Shown here: in pieces, positions 29,487-39,323 of the stretch | How the letters are laid out: each line of letters begins with the position of its first letter | Position numbering within the stretch: position 1 is the stretch's first letter | NCBI GenBank assembly: GCA_965279035.1 | Contig: OZ257142.1 | Location: forward strand, 1,440,001-1,504,000 | Direction of reading: 5' to 3' | DNA length: 64,000 nucleotides | Source of the DNA: Bacteroidia bacterium | GTDB taxonomy: Bacteria > Bacteroidota > Bacteroidia > M30B66 | Program-made: the position numbers and the translations under genes | Notes under the pieces: generated by a model | The model's database searches: none | What the model saw: only the letters and a program-made list of their open reading frames with translations | Told to the model about the DNA's origin: nothing

Positions 29487-30818
29487 ATGAAAAAATTTCT
29501 TTTTCTCTTGTCTGCAATTGTGTGGACGGTTTCGGTTATGGGGCAAATGGATCCTTCGAATGGAACCGGAAGCACATTAAAGCTGAATGAAGATGGTAGT
29601 CATTACCTGAAGTTTACATTAACCAATCAAGTTTGGGCACGCTATAATCAAAGTAATCCAGGTACTACGGTAGAAGGAACACCGAAATCAGAAACATTCG
29701 ACATAGGAATACGCCGTAGCCGGATTCAAATGTATGGTGCTATAAATAAACGCTCTTTTATTTATGTTCAAATGGGGATGAATAATTTCAATCACCTGAG
29801 CGACCGAAAAGTAGGTTTCTTTTTTCACGATGCTATTGCTGAATATTCTATTGTAAAGGATAAGTTGAGCATCGGTGGTGGCTTAACCAATTGGGTTGGA
29901 CTTTCTCGCTTATCCAATGCAAGTGTTGTTACTTTCCTGCCTATGGATAGCCCTATTTTTCCTTTTGCAACAATCGATGCAACGGATCAATTTAATCGTA
30001 AACTCAGTTTATATGCAAAGGGGAAACTCGGCAAGTTGGATTATCGCTTAGCTGTTACCGATCCAATGAATATTGAGAAATCAACTTTGTACGATCCTAC
30101 CAAAGCTATATCGTCCTATTCTTCCTTTGCTCCCGGAGCTGCGAATAAGCAATTTCAAGGGTATTTAATGTGGCAATTTTGGGATCAAGAAAGTAATCTA
30201 ACTCCCTATACCGTTGGTTCTTATTTAGGAGCAAAACGAGTGTTTAATATTGGAGCTGGTTATATTTTCCAACATAATGCGATGTGGAGAAAAACAGGGC
30301 CTTCTGATACAGTGAAAACCGATATGGCTCTTTTAGGTGGCGATGTTTTTTTAGATATGCCATTACGCAAAGAAGCTGGTGATGCAATTACTGCTTATGC
30401 TTCGGTATACAGCAATAACTACGGAACGGGCTATTTAAGAAACAATGGGGTAATGAATCCTGCAACGGGAACTGTAGCTTCTCAAGCATCATTTAATGGA
30501 GCTGGAAATGCATTTCCGTTATTTGGAACCGGAACAGTCTACTATACTCAAATAGGATATCTGTTAGGAAAAGGTTGGACTAATCCAGAAAAACTGCGTA
30601 TTCAACCCTATTTTTGTTACATGCTGGGCGATTATAGTCGTTTAAGCAAACCGATGCAAATGACCAATGCGGGTATTAATTTCTTCCTCAATAACCACAA
30701 CACGAAAATCACACTCGACTGGCAACAACGTCCCATTTACATGAATGCGGTATCAGGACCTTTACCATTTAATGGCAGGAGAAATTGTGTTACGCTTCAA
30801 TTTCAAGTGGCTATTTAA
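29487..30818 (+). CDS. Outer-membrane beta-barrel (porin-like) protein
   Basis: Signal peptide, amphipathic beta-strands, 'FDIGIRRSRIQ' (phosphate-porin-like), terminal strand 'TLQFQVAI'. Confidence 0.7.
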   Translation: MKKFLFLLSAIVWTVSVMGQMDPSNGTGSTLKLNEDGSHYLKFTLTNQVWARYNQSNPGTTVEGTPKSETFDIGIRRSRIQMYGAINKRSFIYVQMGMNNFNHLSDRKVGFFFHDAIAEYSIVKDKLSIGGGLTNWVGLSRLSNASVVTFLPMDSPIFPFATIDATDQFNRKLSLYAKGKLGKLDYRLAVTDPMNIEKSTLYDPTKAISSYSSFAPGAANKQFQGYLMWQFWDQESNLTPYTVGSYLGAKRVFNIGAGYIFQHNAMWRKTGPSDTVKTDMALLGGDVFLDMPLRKEAGDAITAYASVYSNNYGTGYLRNNGVMNPATGTVASQASFNGAGNAFPLFGTGTVYYTQIGYLLGKGWTNPEKLRIQPYFCYMLGDYSRLSKPMQMTNAGINFFLNNHNTKITLDWQQRPIYMNAVSGPLPFNGRRNCVTLQFQVAI

Positions 30819-30842
30819 TTCAATGATTTGATTTCAATTCCA

Positions 30843-33338
30843 ATGAAAAAAGAATATTCTTCATTCGATGAGCACCGGGTGCTTCACGATTTGAAGCATT
30901 ACTTGCCCGCTCAGGCACCGCTTAAAGATTTCATCCACCACAATACCTTGCATGCATTTCAAGACCGCAAATTCCACGCGGCTATTCGAAGTGCATCCGA
31001 AATGTTTGGTTACCGAGTTTCCCTTAAACTGGAAGAGTACCATGAGCTTTATTCACAAAAACAAGTACGAGAAGACGTTCTTGAACATGTGATTGCTCGT
31101 CGTATGGGTGAATCGAATGTTCAAAAATGGAAAGATCGTATGCTAAATAAAGAGTACGATACAACTGTTTCTCCTCGTATTGGTAAGTTGCGCGCCAATT
31201 GGAAAAAACAATTTCAGATTGATCTCGACTCCCAAGTTCATCCAACGCTCTTTCGAATTCTTTGCAGCTATCTAGATCAGGGGATTTCAATGTGGCATTT
31301 TCCTGTGTGGGATAAAGGATTCCTTTCCTCTATTCGGGAAATTGAACGAAACAGCTACACCAGTTTTTTCAAAACATCACGTGCCAGAGATATACTCATG
31401 AAAGGGCATTGCTCGGTGAAGCATTTACTGGATATACTCGTGGGTGATGAATCTCTGTATGAACAATATCTTTTCGACCAACAGTTCGCTCATCAAGGAT
31501 GGTCGGGAATGGTATCGGCTGTAGAAACGGATCCAGGAACCTTATTAGATCACAAGAAAATCTCTCTTCATGATCTAATCATCTTCGAATTGATGATGGA
31601 GATTGATACGATTGATCAACATTTTGGTGAGAAATGGGAACCTCTCGCTAAAAAACTACAAGGCGATACTGTTGATTTATTTGCTTCCGTTCCTGACTCT
31701 GAACTCAGCGAGGTCTTTATTCTTTGGCAAGAAGCTTTCGAATGGACTTATTATGATGAAGTATTGAAGGGTATTGAACTTCAATCATTCAAACCAGAGA
31801 AAATAAAACCGCATAGTTTCCAAGCATTTTTCTGTATTGATGATCGGGAATGTTCTATTCGCAGACACCTTGAACATGCCGATCCAGAATGTGAAACGTT
31901 TGGTACTCCGGGATTTTTCGGTGTTGAATTTTATTACAAACCAGAACATGGAAGGTTTCACACCAAACTTTGTCCTGCTCCAGTAACTCCAAAATACTTA
32001 ATTAAGGAAATTGGAAGTAGCACTAAACGTGAAAAAGATGCGCATTTCACCAAACGTAGTCATGGACTTTTTCAAGGTTGGCTTATCTCTCAAACGCTTG
32101 GATTTTGGTCGGCATTTCGACTGTTTCTGAATTTATTCAAACCGACAATGAGTCCTGCAACAGCAACCTCATTAAGGCACATGGATAAATTCTCGCAACT
32201 AACAATCGAAAATAAAAGTCTCGATGACAAAGAAGGGAATCTTCAAATTGGATATACTATTCCTGAGATGATTCAACGTGTTGAGGGGCTTTTAAAGAGC
32301 ACTGGTTTGGTTGAGCATTTTGCACCCATTGTTTATGTTGTGAGTCATGGTTCGAGTAGTGTGAACAATCCTCATTATGCAGCTTACGATTGCGGCGCAT
32401 GTTCTGGTCGTCCGGGTTCTGTCAATGCACGCGTGATCTGTTATATGGCGAATCATCCGAAAGTGAGGGAAGAACTACGTAACCGAGGAATTCTGATTCC
32501 AGAAACAACTCAGTTCATAGGTGCATTGCATGATACAACGCGTGATGAAGTAGTATTCTATGATGAAAATTCGTTGAATCCAGAAAATGCTGCAAATCAT
32601 CCAAAACATGTTAAAGCATTTGAAAAAGCCTTAGATGAAAATTCAAAAGAACGTTCAAGACGTTTAGTATCAATTGATACTCATTTGAGTCCATCTAAAA
32701 TTCATGAGAAGATAAGGACTCGTTCTGTTTCGCTTTTTGAACCTCGTCCAGAATTGAATCATGCTACCAATGCCTTATGTGTTGTTGGAAGGCGAGAATT
32801 AAGCAAAGGTTTATTCCTCGACAGGAGATCTTTCATGAATTCTTATGATTATCGGGTTGATCCAGAAGGGAAATACTTGCTCAACATTCTCAATGCTGCT
32901 GCTCCTGTTTGTGGTGGAATTAATTTGGAATATTATTTTTCCCGTGTTGATAATCAGAAACTGGGTGCTGGTACAAAGCTTCCTCATAATGTAATGGGAT
33001 TGTTTGGTGTTGCCAATGGAATTGATGGTGATTTACGTCCAGGACTTCCTTCTCAAATGATTGAAGTTCATGACCCTATTCGTTTATTGGTGATTGTAGA
33101 ACATTTTCCAGAGGTTGTTTTGAAAACCATTAAAACAAATCCAGCTACCTATGAATGGTTTGCAAATGAATGGGTGCATTTGGTTGTCGTGAATCCACAA
33201 ACAAACAAATTGTTTTTGTTTGGAGCAGGTAAATTCGAACCTTATCAAACAGTTACAAACGCACTTCGTAGTTCGTCCGACTTAACTCCTGTATTTGAAA
33301 CTCACGAAGAAAATCTTCCGGTTTATCTTATTCCATAA
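30843..33338 (+). CDS. dabA: DabA (DUF2309/YbcC) inorganic carbon transporter subunit
   Basis: 'LPAQAPLKDFIHHNTLHAF'; Zn-ligand motifs 'FCIDDRE','HGS','YDCGACSG'; 'GALHDTTRD','RPELNHA','GGINLEYYFS'. Confidence 0.9.
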   Translation: MKKEYSSFDEHRVLHDLKHYLPAQAPLKDFIHHNTLHAFQDRKFHAAIRSASEMFGYRVSLKLEEYHELYSQKQVREDVLEHVIARRMGESNVQKWKDRMLNKEYDTTVSPRIGKLRANWKKQFQIDLDSQVHPTLFRILCSYLDQGISMWHFPVWDKGFLSSIREIERNSYTSFFKTSRARDILMKGHCSVKHLLDILVGDESLYEQYLFDQQFAHQGWSGMVSAVETDPGTLLDHKKISLHDLIIFELMMEIDTIDQHFGEKWEPLAKKLQGDTVDLFASVPDSELSEVFILWQEAFEWTYYDEVLKGIELQSFKPEKIKPHSFQAFFCIDDRECSIRRHLEHADPECETFGTPGFFGVEFYYKPEHGRFHTKLCPAPVTPKYLIKEIGSSTKREKDAHFTKRSHGLFQGWLISQTLGFWSAFRLFLNLFKPTMSPATATSLRHMDKFSQLTIENKSLDDKEGNLQIGYTIPEMIQRVEGLLKSTGLVEHFAPIVYVVSHGSSSVNNPHYAAYDCGACSGRPGSVNARVICYMANHPKVREELRNRGILIPETTQFIGALHDTTRDEVVFYDENSLNPENAANHPKHVKAFEKALDENSKERSRRLVSIDTHLSPSKIHEKIRTRSVSLFEPRPELNHATNALCVVGRRELSKGLFLDRRSFMNSYDYRVDPEGKYLLNILNAAAPVCGGINLEYYFSRVDNQKLGAGTKLPHNVMGLFGVANGIDGDLRPGLPSQMIEVHDPIRLLVIVEHFPEVVLKTIKTNPATYEWFANEWVHLVVVNPQTNKLFLFGAGKFEPYQTVTNALRSSSDLTPVFETHEENLPVYLIP

Positions 33339-33346
33339 TCTTTGTC

Positions 33347-35215
33347 ATGATCGCCTTTTTGCATATTTTAATCTATATCCCTTTGCTGGGATTTTTAATA
33401 AGTCTGTGCCTTCCTGATAAAAACGAAACCCTCATTTCGAGGACAGCATTTTTTACTGTTGGATTGCATTTACTTGTTTTACTAGTATTTCTTGGAGTTT
33501 GGCTTTTGGGAGGACATCCTCGATTAAATATTCGTGATGTTGTTCTATACAGTGCCGAAGATTATGAATTCTATTTGGATTTCAGTTTCGATCGGATTAC
33601 TGCTGTTTATTTGTTTGTAGGTGCTTTGCTCACCTTTATGGTAACGATTTATAGTCGGTATTATCTGCATCGTGAAAAAGGATACAAGCGTTTTTTCAAT
33701 ACCACCTTGTTCTTTTATCTCGGGTATAATTTGACCATTCTTTCGGGCAATCTCGAAACACTTTTCATTGGTTGGGAAATGCTCGGTATTTCTTCATTTC
33801 TGTTGATTGCATTTTACCGCGATCGCTACTTGCCAGTGAAGAATGCAGTGAAAGTATTTTCTATTTACCGAATTGGTGATGTGGGAATTATTTTAGCCAT
33901 GTGGATGACGCATCATCTCTGGCATGAGAACATCACCTTTGCCAAATTGAGCGATTCTCACATGGTAAGTGAGCACCTTCAACAACATAGCTGGATTGGA
34001 GTGTTAATTTCTCTCGCTTTCTTATTGACTGCAGCTGCTAAATCAGCCCAATTACCATTTTCGTCTTGGTTGCCGCGTGCTATGGAAGGACCAACTCCTT
34101 CGAGTGCAATCTTTTATGGATCGCTTTCGGTTCATCTCGGTGTGTTTTTGCTTTTGAGAACATTCCCGTTTTGGGAACATCAGTTTTCAGTTAGGATTTT
34201 AATCGCCCTTTTAGGATTATCTACCAGCATTGTCGCCTCTTTAGTAGCTCGAGTCCAGTCCTCTGTGAAGAGCCAAATTGCCTATTCCTCGATCGCCCAA
34301 ATTGGACTTATCTTTATTGAAATTGCTGCTGGTTTTGAGAATCTAGCATTGTTCCATTTTGCTGGAAATGCCTTTTTAAGAACGTATCAATTATTGGTTT
34401 CTCCTTCTGTTGTGAGTTACTTAATACGCGAGCAGTTTTACAATTTCATTCCTAAAAAACATACGTTCGAAGACAGCCTTCCTAAAAAGATCGAATACTC
34501 GCTCTATGTTCTTAGTTTGAAAGAATGGAATCTCGATTCGTTCATGTATCGTCGACTTTGGAATCCCTTGAAAATGATTGGTAAAAAACTCGATTTCATG
34601 AATGTGAAAAGGGTGGTTGTTTTCTTTGTAATCGTTTATGGTATTGGATTGTACATCGTTTACCATCGTGATTTGCTTTCAGAAAATGTACAACATTATC
34701 TTCCATTAGTTTTCTCGTTCATTGGAGTTATCATGGTGATAAAGTCTTTCTCCGAAAGGATAAAAGTCAAGCTGAGCTGGTTACTTATAATAATGAATCA
34801 CTTTTGGGTTGCCTTAGCCATTTCATTTAACGAGAATTTCAAATTCGAGCAAATTCACTTGTATTTAAGTGGTGTTGTGGTGATGGGTTTTGTTGGATAC
34901 CTCTGTTTAAGACGACTCAAAAAACTAGAACACAGTATCGACTTAGACCAATTTCACGGACATTCTTATAAGCATCCGAAAATTGCCTTTGTATTTTTGA
35001 TTGCCTGTTTGGGATTGACTGGTTTCCCTATCACACCAACGTTTTTAGGTGAAGATTTAATCTTTTCTCACATTCATTCCGATCAATTCTTATTGGCTAC
35101 ATTCACTTCATTGAGTTTTGTTGTAGACGGATTATCCATTATTCGAATTTTCGCTCGTGTGTTTTTGGGACCACATTCTAAATCTCCAACCGAGATGGCT
35201 TATCGTTCATCCTAA
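33347..35215 (+). CDS. dabB: DabB (NuoL/MrpA-like proton-conducting membrane subunit)
   Basis: 'FIGWEMLGISSFLLI','YRIGD','KSAQLPFSSWLPRAMEGPTPSSA'. Directly downstream of dabA with no other nuo/mrp genes nearby. Confidence 0.88.
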   Translation: MIAFLHILIYIPLLGFLISLCLPDKNETLISRTAFFTVGLHLLVLLVFLGVWLLGGHPRLNIRDVVLYSAEDYEFYLDFSFDRITAVYLFVGALLTFMVTIYSRYYLHREKGYKRFFNTTLFFYLGYNLTILSGNLETLFIGWEMLGISSFLLIAFYRDRYLPVKNAVKVFSIYRIGDVGIILAMWMTHHLWHENITFAKLSDSHMVSEHLQQHSWIGVLISLAFLLTAAAKSAQLPFSSWLPRAMEGPTPSSAIFYGSLSVHLGVFLLLRTFPFWEHQFSVRILIALLGLSTSIVASLVARVQSSVKSQIAYSSIAQIGLIFIEIAAGFENLALFHFAGNAFLRTYQLLVSPSVVSYLIREQFYNFIPKKHTFEDSLPKKIEYSLYVLSLKEWNLDSFMYRRLWNPLKMIGKKLDFMNVKRVVVFFVIVYGIGLYIVYHRDLLSENVQHYLPLVFSFIGVIMVIKSFSERIKVKLSWLLIIMNHFWVALAISFNENFKFEQIHLYLSGVVVMGFVGYLCLRRLKKLEHSIDLDQFHGHSYKHPKIAFVFLIACLGLTGFPITPTFLGEDLIFSHIHSDQFLLATFTSLSFVVDGLSIIRIFARVFLGPHSKSPTEMAYRSS

Positions 35216-35243
35216 ATCAGTAGCATTGATTAACATGATAGCG

Positions 35244-35269
35244 CCCCGGATTTAAATCCGGGGTTTTTT
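35244..35269 (+). terminator. Intrinsic terminator of SulP-DAB cluster
   Basis: CCCCGGATTTAAATCCGGGG followed by TTTTTT. Confidence 0.8.
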
Positions 35270-35294
35270 AATTTTGTGCCGAATTCCCAAAGCA

Positions 35295-36533
35295 ATGACA
35301 CAAACTAAAATGGAGCTGATGGCACCAGTTGGTTCATATGAATCACTCATGGCTGCTATTCAGGCGGGCGCAAACTCGGTGTATTTCGGGGTAGAGCAAT
35401 TGAACATGCGTACCCGCTCTTCAATCAATTTTACGTTAGAAGATTTAGCAGAAATAACACGTATCTGCTCAGAAAATTCGGTTAAAACTTATCTTACTAT
35501 TAACACCATTATCTACGATCATGACATCTCCTTGATGAAAAAGATTGTAGATGCTGCGTTTGCCAACAACATCTCGGCAGTTATTGCATCCGATCATGCG
35601 GTGATGAATTATGCTAAGAAAATTGGTATGCGGGTGCATATTTCTACGCAAGCCAATGTGACCAATATCGATACAATTGAGTTTTATTCGGCCTATGCTA
35701 ATGTGATGGTTTTAGCGCGTGAGTTAGGTTTGATGCAAGTGGAAGCTATCAGTAAAGAAATTGCTCGTCGTGATGTGCGCGGCCCTTCGGGTGATTTAGT
35801 GAAAATTGAAATTTTTGGTCATGGTGCTTTATGCATGGCAGTTTCAGGTAAATGTTATTTGAGCTTGCACTCGAATTTCGCTTCCGCCAATCGTGGCGCC
35901 TGTTTGCAAAACTGCCGTCATGCCTATGTGGTGACAGATAAAGAAACAGGTAACGAACTGGAAATCGACAACGAATACATCATGTCGGCTAAGGATTTAT
36001 GCACGATTGGATTCCTAGATAAAGTGATGGAATCAGGAGTAAGTGTGTTAAAAATCGAAGGTCGTGGGCGAAGTGCCGATTATGTGCATACCGTTATTAG
36101 CTGTTATCGTGAGGCGATCGACTCAATTTATGAAGGCACTTATTCGCGTGAAAAAGTGGAAGCTTGGACCAATCGATTGGCAACAGTTTATAATCGTGGA
36201 TTTTGGGATGGCTATTATTTAGGTCGAACTATGGGAGAGTGGAACGATGAATATGGATCGAAAGCAACTAAGCGCAAAATCTTTATTGGTAAGGGTTTGA
36301 AGTATTATGATGCAGTAAAAGTGGGCGAGTTCCAATTGGAATCACATTCCTTAGAAGTGGGCGATGAAATATTGATTACTGGTCCAACTACCGGTGTAAT
36401 TCAACAGATAGTTGAAGAGTTGAGGTTGGATAATGTGAAAACTGATAAAGTGAAGAAAGGCGATGTGTTCTCTGTTTCGGTAGATGCTAAAGTTCGTCCT
36501 TCGGATAAATTGTATAAAATAGTAGATGCCTGA
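35295..36533 (+). CDS. U32 family Fe-S protein (TrhP-like tRNA hydroxylation)
   Basis: 'ELMAPVGS','HISTQAN','HGALCMAVSGKCYLS','NRGACLQNCR','LKIEGR'. Confidence 0.88.
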   Translation: MTQTKMELMAPVGSYESLMAAIQAGANSVYFGVEQLNMRTRSSINFTLEDLAEITRICSENSVKTYLTINTIIYDHDISLMKKIVDAAFANNISAVIASDHAVMNYAKKIGMRVHISTQANVTNIDTIEFYSAYANVMVLARELGLMQVEAISKEIARRDVRGPSGDLVKIEIFGHGALCMAVSGKCYLSLHSNFASANRGACLQNCRHAYVVTDKETGNELEIDNEYIMSAKDLCTIGFLDKVMESGVSVLKIEGRGRSADYVHTVISCYREAIDSIYEGTYSREKVEAWTNRLATVYNRGFWDGYYLGRTMGEWNDEYGSKATKRKIFIGKGLKYYDAVKVGEFQLESHSLEVGDEILITGPTTGVIQQIVEELRLDNVKTDKVKKGDVFSVSVDAKVRPSDKLYKIVDA

Positions 36534-36760
36534 TGGTACGTATCACGCAGCAGCGTATTAAATGCATTGGATGTAATGCCTGTGTAGAAGTCGCAAAATA
36601 CCGTTGGCGCTTATCAACCAAAGATGGAAAATGTACCTTAATTGGTGGTGTGGAGAAGAAAGGTTGGTTCTCAGTTTTAGTGGGTGATGATGAATTGGAA
36701 TTGAACCAATTAGCTGCACGAAATTGTCCGGTAAATATTATACGCGTTGAACAGGTTTAA
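36533..36760 (+). CDS. Ferredoxin
   Basis: CIGCNAC...CP; coupled by a TGATG overlap with the U32 gene. Confidence 0.85.
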   Translation: MVRITQQRIKCIGCNACVEVAKYRWRLSTKDGKCTLIGGVEKKGWFSVLVGDDELELNQLAARNCPVNIIRVEQV

Positions 36761-36761
36761 A

Positions 36762-37748
36762 TCATTGAGTTCGTTTGATGAAGGAAATTAATCCATTCAT
36801 ATAGGTTTGCTGATCGTCGTACATGCAACAATGACTGCCATTTTTACACAGTAGGAATTCTCCTTTGGGAAGTTGTTTACTCATCCATTCCATATACAGT
36901 GGATCCATCGTATCGTATGTTGCGCCAATAACCAGGCTAGGGATTTTTATATTTTTTAATTCCTTGCTCACATCCCAATGGATTAATTTTCCAGCAACGC
37001 CAAATTCACTTGGTCCTTGCATAATCACATACAGCTCGTTGTTTAAGTGACTAAACATGCGCGATAAAGGTTCAGGCCAAACTTCCAAACGACAAATATG
37101 TTTGTTGTAAAAATGTGGAACTAATAATTCCATGTATTTAGGATTTTGGAAGTCGTTTCGCTTTTCCATTGCACGAATAGAATCTACAACTTCCGGATCC
37201 ATTTGTTTTGCAAGTACATTGTCGGCATATTTTCCATATTCTGGAATGCTTGCCATCATATTGGAAATAATAAGGGCTTTCATGTTATTCTGATACTTCA
37301 ATGCATATTGCATCGCGAGTATTCCGCCCCAAGAATGTCCCAATAAATAAAAATTATCCTTGTCTAAATTCAAGGCAATTCGAACTTGTTCAACTTCCTC
37401 CACATAGCGTGATAAATCATAAAGTGAAGTGTCTTTAGGATTGTCGGAATTTCCACAAGCAAGTTGATCGTAATAAATAAATTCAATGCCTTCTTTAGGA
37501 AAGAAATTTTCAAAGCATTCGAAGTATTCATGAGTTCCACCAGGGCCTCCATTCAATAATAAGATTTTCATTTTGGGATTTTCTCCAATTTTTTTTGTCC
37601 ACACATTGAAATTCCCTTTGGGTGTTTTTATAGAAATATATTGAACACCATCTTCAGCTTGCTTAACTACTTGATTGTTTTGAGCATTTATTGAAAATGA
37701 ATTTAATGCAATGATAAATGCGAGAAATACGATTCGTGAAATGCTCAT
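36762..37748 (-). CDS. Proline iminopeptidase family alpha/beta hydrolase (S33), exported
   Basis: 'GGPGGTHEY','YYDQL','GHSWGG','GPSEF'; signal peptide from MSISR. Confidence 0.88.
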   Translation of the reverse strand: MSISRIVFLAFIIALNSFSINAQNNQVVKQAEDGVQYISIKTPKGNFNVWTKKIGENPKMKILLLNGGPGGTHEYFECFENFFPKEGIEFIYYDQLACGNSDNPKDTSLYDLSRYVEEVEQVRIALNLDKDNFYLLGHSWGGILAMQYALKYQNNMKALIISNMMASIPEYGKYADNVLAKQMDPEVVDSIRAMEKRNDFQNPKYMELLVPHFYNKHICRLEVWPEPLSRMFSHLNNELYVIMQGPSEFGVAGKLIHWDVSKELKNIKIPSLVIGATYDTMDPLYMEWMSKQLPKGEFLLCKNGSHCCMYDDQQTYMNGLISFIKRTQ

Positions 37749-37782
37749 TTTTGTCGAAAATAAATTGATCTGACGTAGTGAA

Positions 37783-39228
37783 TTAATCATTTATAATGAT
37801 TGTCTTATGGCTTGTAATTGCTGAATTGTTATTACTCCAAACTATATGATACAATCCAGAATGCGATAAAATATCTCGTTCAATGTTGAATTGTTTTGAA
37901 TAGACATTCATCGAATGAATACATTTTCCAGTTAGGTCGTAAATGCGAAGTATTCCATTATTAGTGGGTAATTGAATCTGTATGTTTCCATTACTTGGAT
38001 TAGGATAAACACGCCATGCTTGATCTATATTTTCAATTCCTAAAATAGTTCCTGGATTCAGGTTAACATGAAAGGTATCGGTGAAAAAGCAGGTATCGGC
38101 ATTGGATGGAAATAGGTTGGTAATGTCGAGTTTAAAATCGAGCATGGTGTTTTCAGGAATAGCTTGAGTAACATGAAAGAAAAAGCTGGCTTCAACTACC
38201 GAATCGGGATTCCAAGCGGAAGCAAAAACCTGAAATCCGCTACTGTTTAAGCCGAAATCCATACCTGCCGGAAATGCCGACAATGGGGTGATTCGAGCGA
38301 GCGGATAGGCGAATCCTAATCCAGAAGTATTCGTTAAATTAAACCTCAAAACAGAATCACCAAACGATGAAATGGTACCTTCGAATATAGCTTGATCAGC
38401 AGCATTTGTGAGTGGTAAAAGCGAACAAGCTACATTTTGTATGGCTGGAAATCCTAAGAAATTAACCGTATTATTTCCTGAATTTGGAATAGCGAGTGTA
38501 TCAGAAATTTGATTGTAGTAGATATCTGCCGGGCTCGACATACCAGTAGCTATAGTGATGGGTGCATTGAGAAAATTGCGATCGTATTTTACGATTTTTT
38601 GTCCTGTCCATGCTGATATATACCAAGTATCGAGACCGTTCCAAGCAAGACCATCACAGTTTCCAAGAGTTGTTGAAGCAATTGTTGTTACTACAGAATC
38701 GGCAAGAGATAGAGCTTTGATGGGAGCATTCGTTCCCCAATTGACAAATACTAAACGGTTATGGGCTTGGTCGTAAACGATTCCGTTTGGACTTTGCACA
38801 AGATTTTGAGCCATCACATTGGAAGAACTTGTACTGGTGTTAATTCGGTAGATTTTTTTACCAGTAAAATCGGTGGCGAAGAGATTAACATATCCATCGC
38901 TGGTGATTCCATTGAGAAAAGTTGCACCTGTGTTTAGATTGAATGTTTGAGTTCCGTCTGTTAAGTCGTAGCCTTTGATGTATCCACTACAGCAAGCATA
39001 AACTGTATTTCCTACGATTTCGATTCCATAAGGAACAGGACTAATTCCCGATTTAAAAACCGATAACACACCACTTGCCGAACGAGCGAGAATGGTTCCG
39101 CTCCCGGTGTTTGAAATTAAATAACGGTTGTTGCCTGCATCAAATGCAATGCTTTCGGGACCGTTGTATGTTTGAGCTTGGATGAAATTTGAGCACAGAA
39201 TTGCAATTAGTAGTAAACAATTTTTCAT
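37783..39228 (-). CDS. T9SS-secreted beta-propeller protein (SMP-30/gluconolactonase/NHL-like)
   Basis: Blades 'GPESIAFD','PYGIEI','LNGITSD','PNGIVYD','CDGLAW','PADIYY'; CTD 'VYPNPSNG...IYDLTGK...SGLY'. Confidence 0.8.
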   Translation of the reverse strand: MKNCLLLIAILCSNFIQAQTYNGPESIAFDAGNNRYLISNTGSGTILARSASGVLSVFKSGISPVPYGIEIVGNTVYACCSGYIKGYDLTDGTQTFNLNTGATFLNGITSDGYVNLFATDFTGKKIYRINTSTSSSNVMAQNLVQSPNGIVYDQAHNRLVFVNWGTNAPIKALSLADSVVTTIASTTLGNCDGLAWNGLDTWYISAWTGQKIVKYDRNFLNAPITIATGMSSPADIYYNQISDTLAIPNSGNNTVNFLGFPAIQNVACSLLPLTNAADQAIFEGTISSFGDSVLRFNLTNTSGLGFAYPLARITPLSAFPAGMDFGLNSSGFQVFASAWNPDSVVEASFFFHVTQAIPENTMLDFKLDITNLFPSNADTCFFTDTFHVNLNPGTILGIENIDQAWRVYPNPSNGNIQIQLPTNNGILRIYDLTGKCIHSMNVYSKQFNIERDILSHSGLYHIVWSNNNSAITSHKTIIIND

Positions 39229-39284
39229 GGGTTGGGAGGAATGAAGATCAGATGTATAATTAAACTATTCCCTGTTTAAATACA

Positions 39285-39313
39285 AAAAACCCGGAATGTT
39301 GGTTCCGGGTTTT
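39285..39313 (-). terminator. Hairpin between monooxygenase and propeller genes
   Basis: AAAAAACCCGGAA-tgttgg-TTCCGGGTTTT. Confidence 0.6.
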
Positions 39314-39323
39314 CAAATGTGAA

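Noticed and set aside
33347-35215. NADH dehydrogenase NuoL or Mrp antiporter subunit
   Set aside because: No other nuo/mrp genes nearby; adjacency to DUF2309 indicates DabB.
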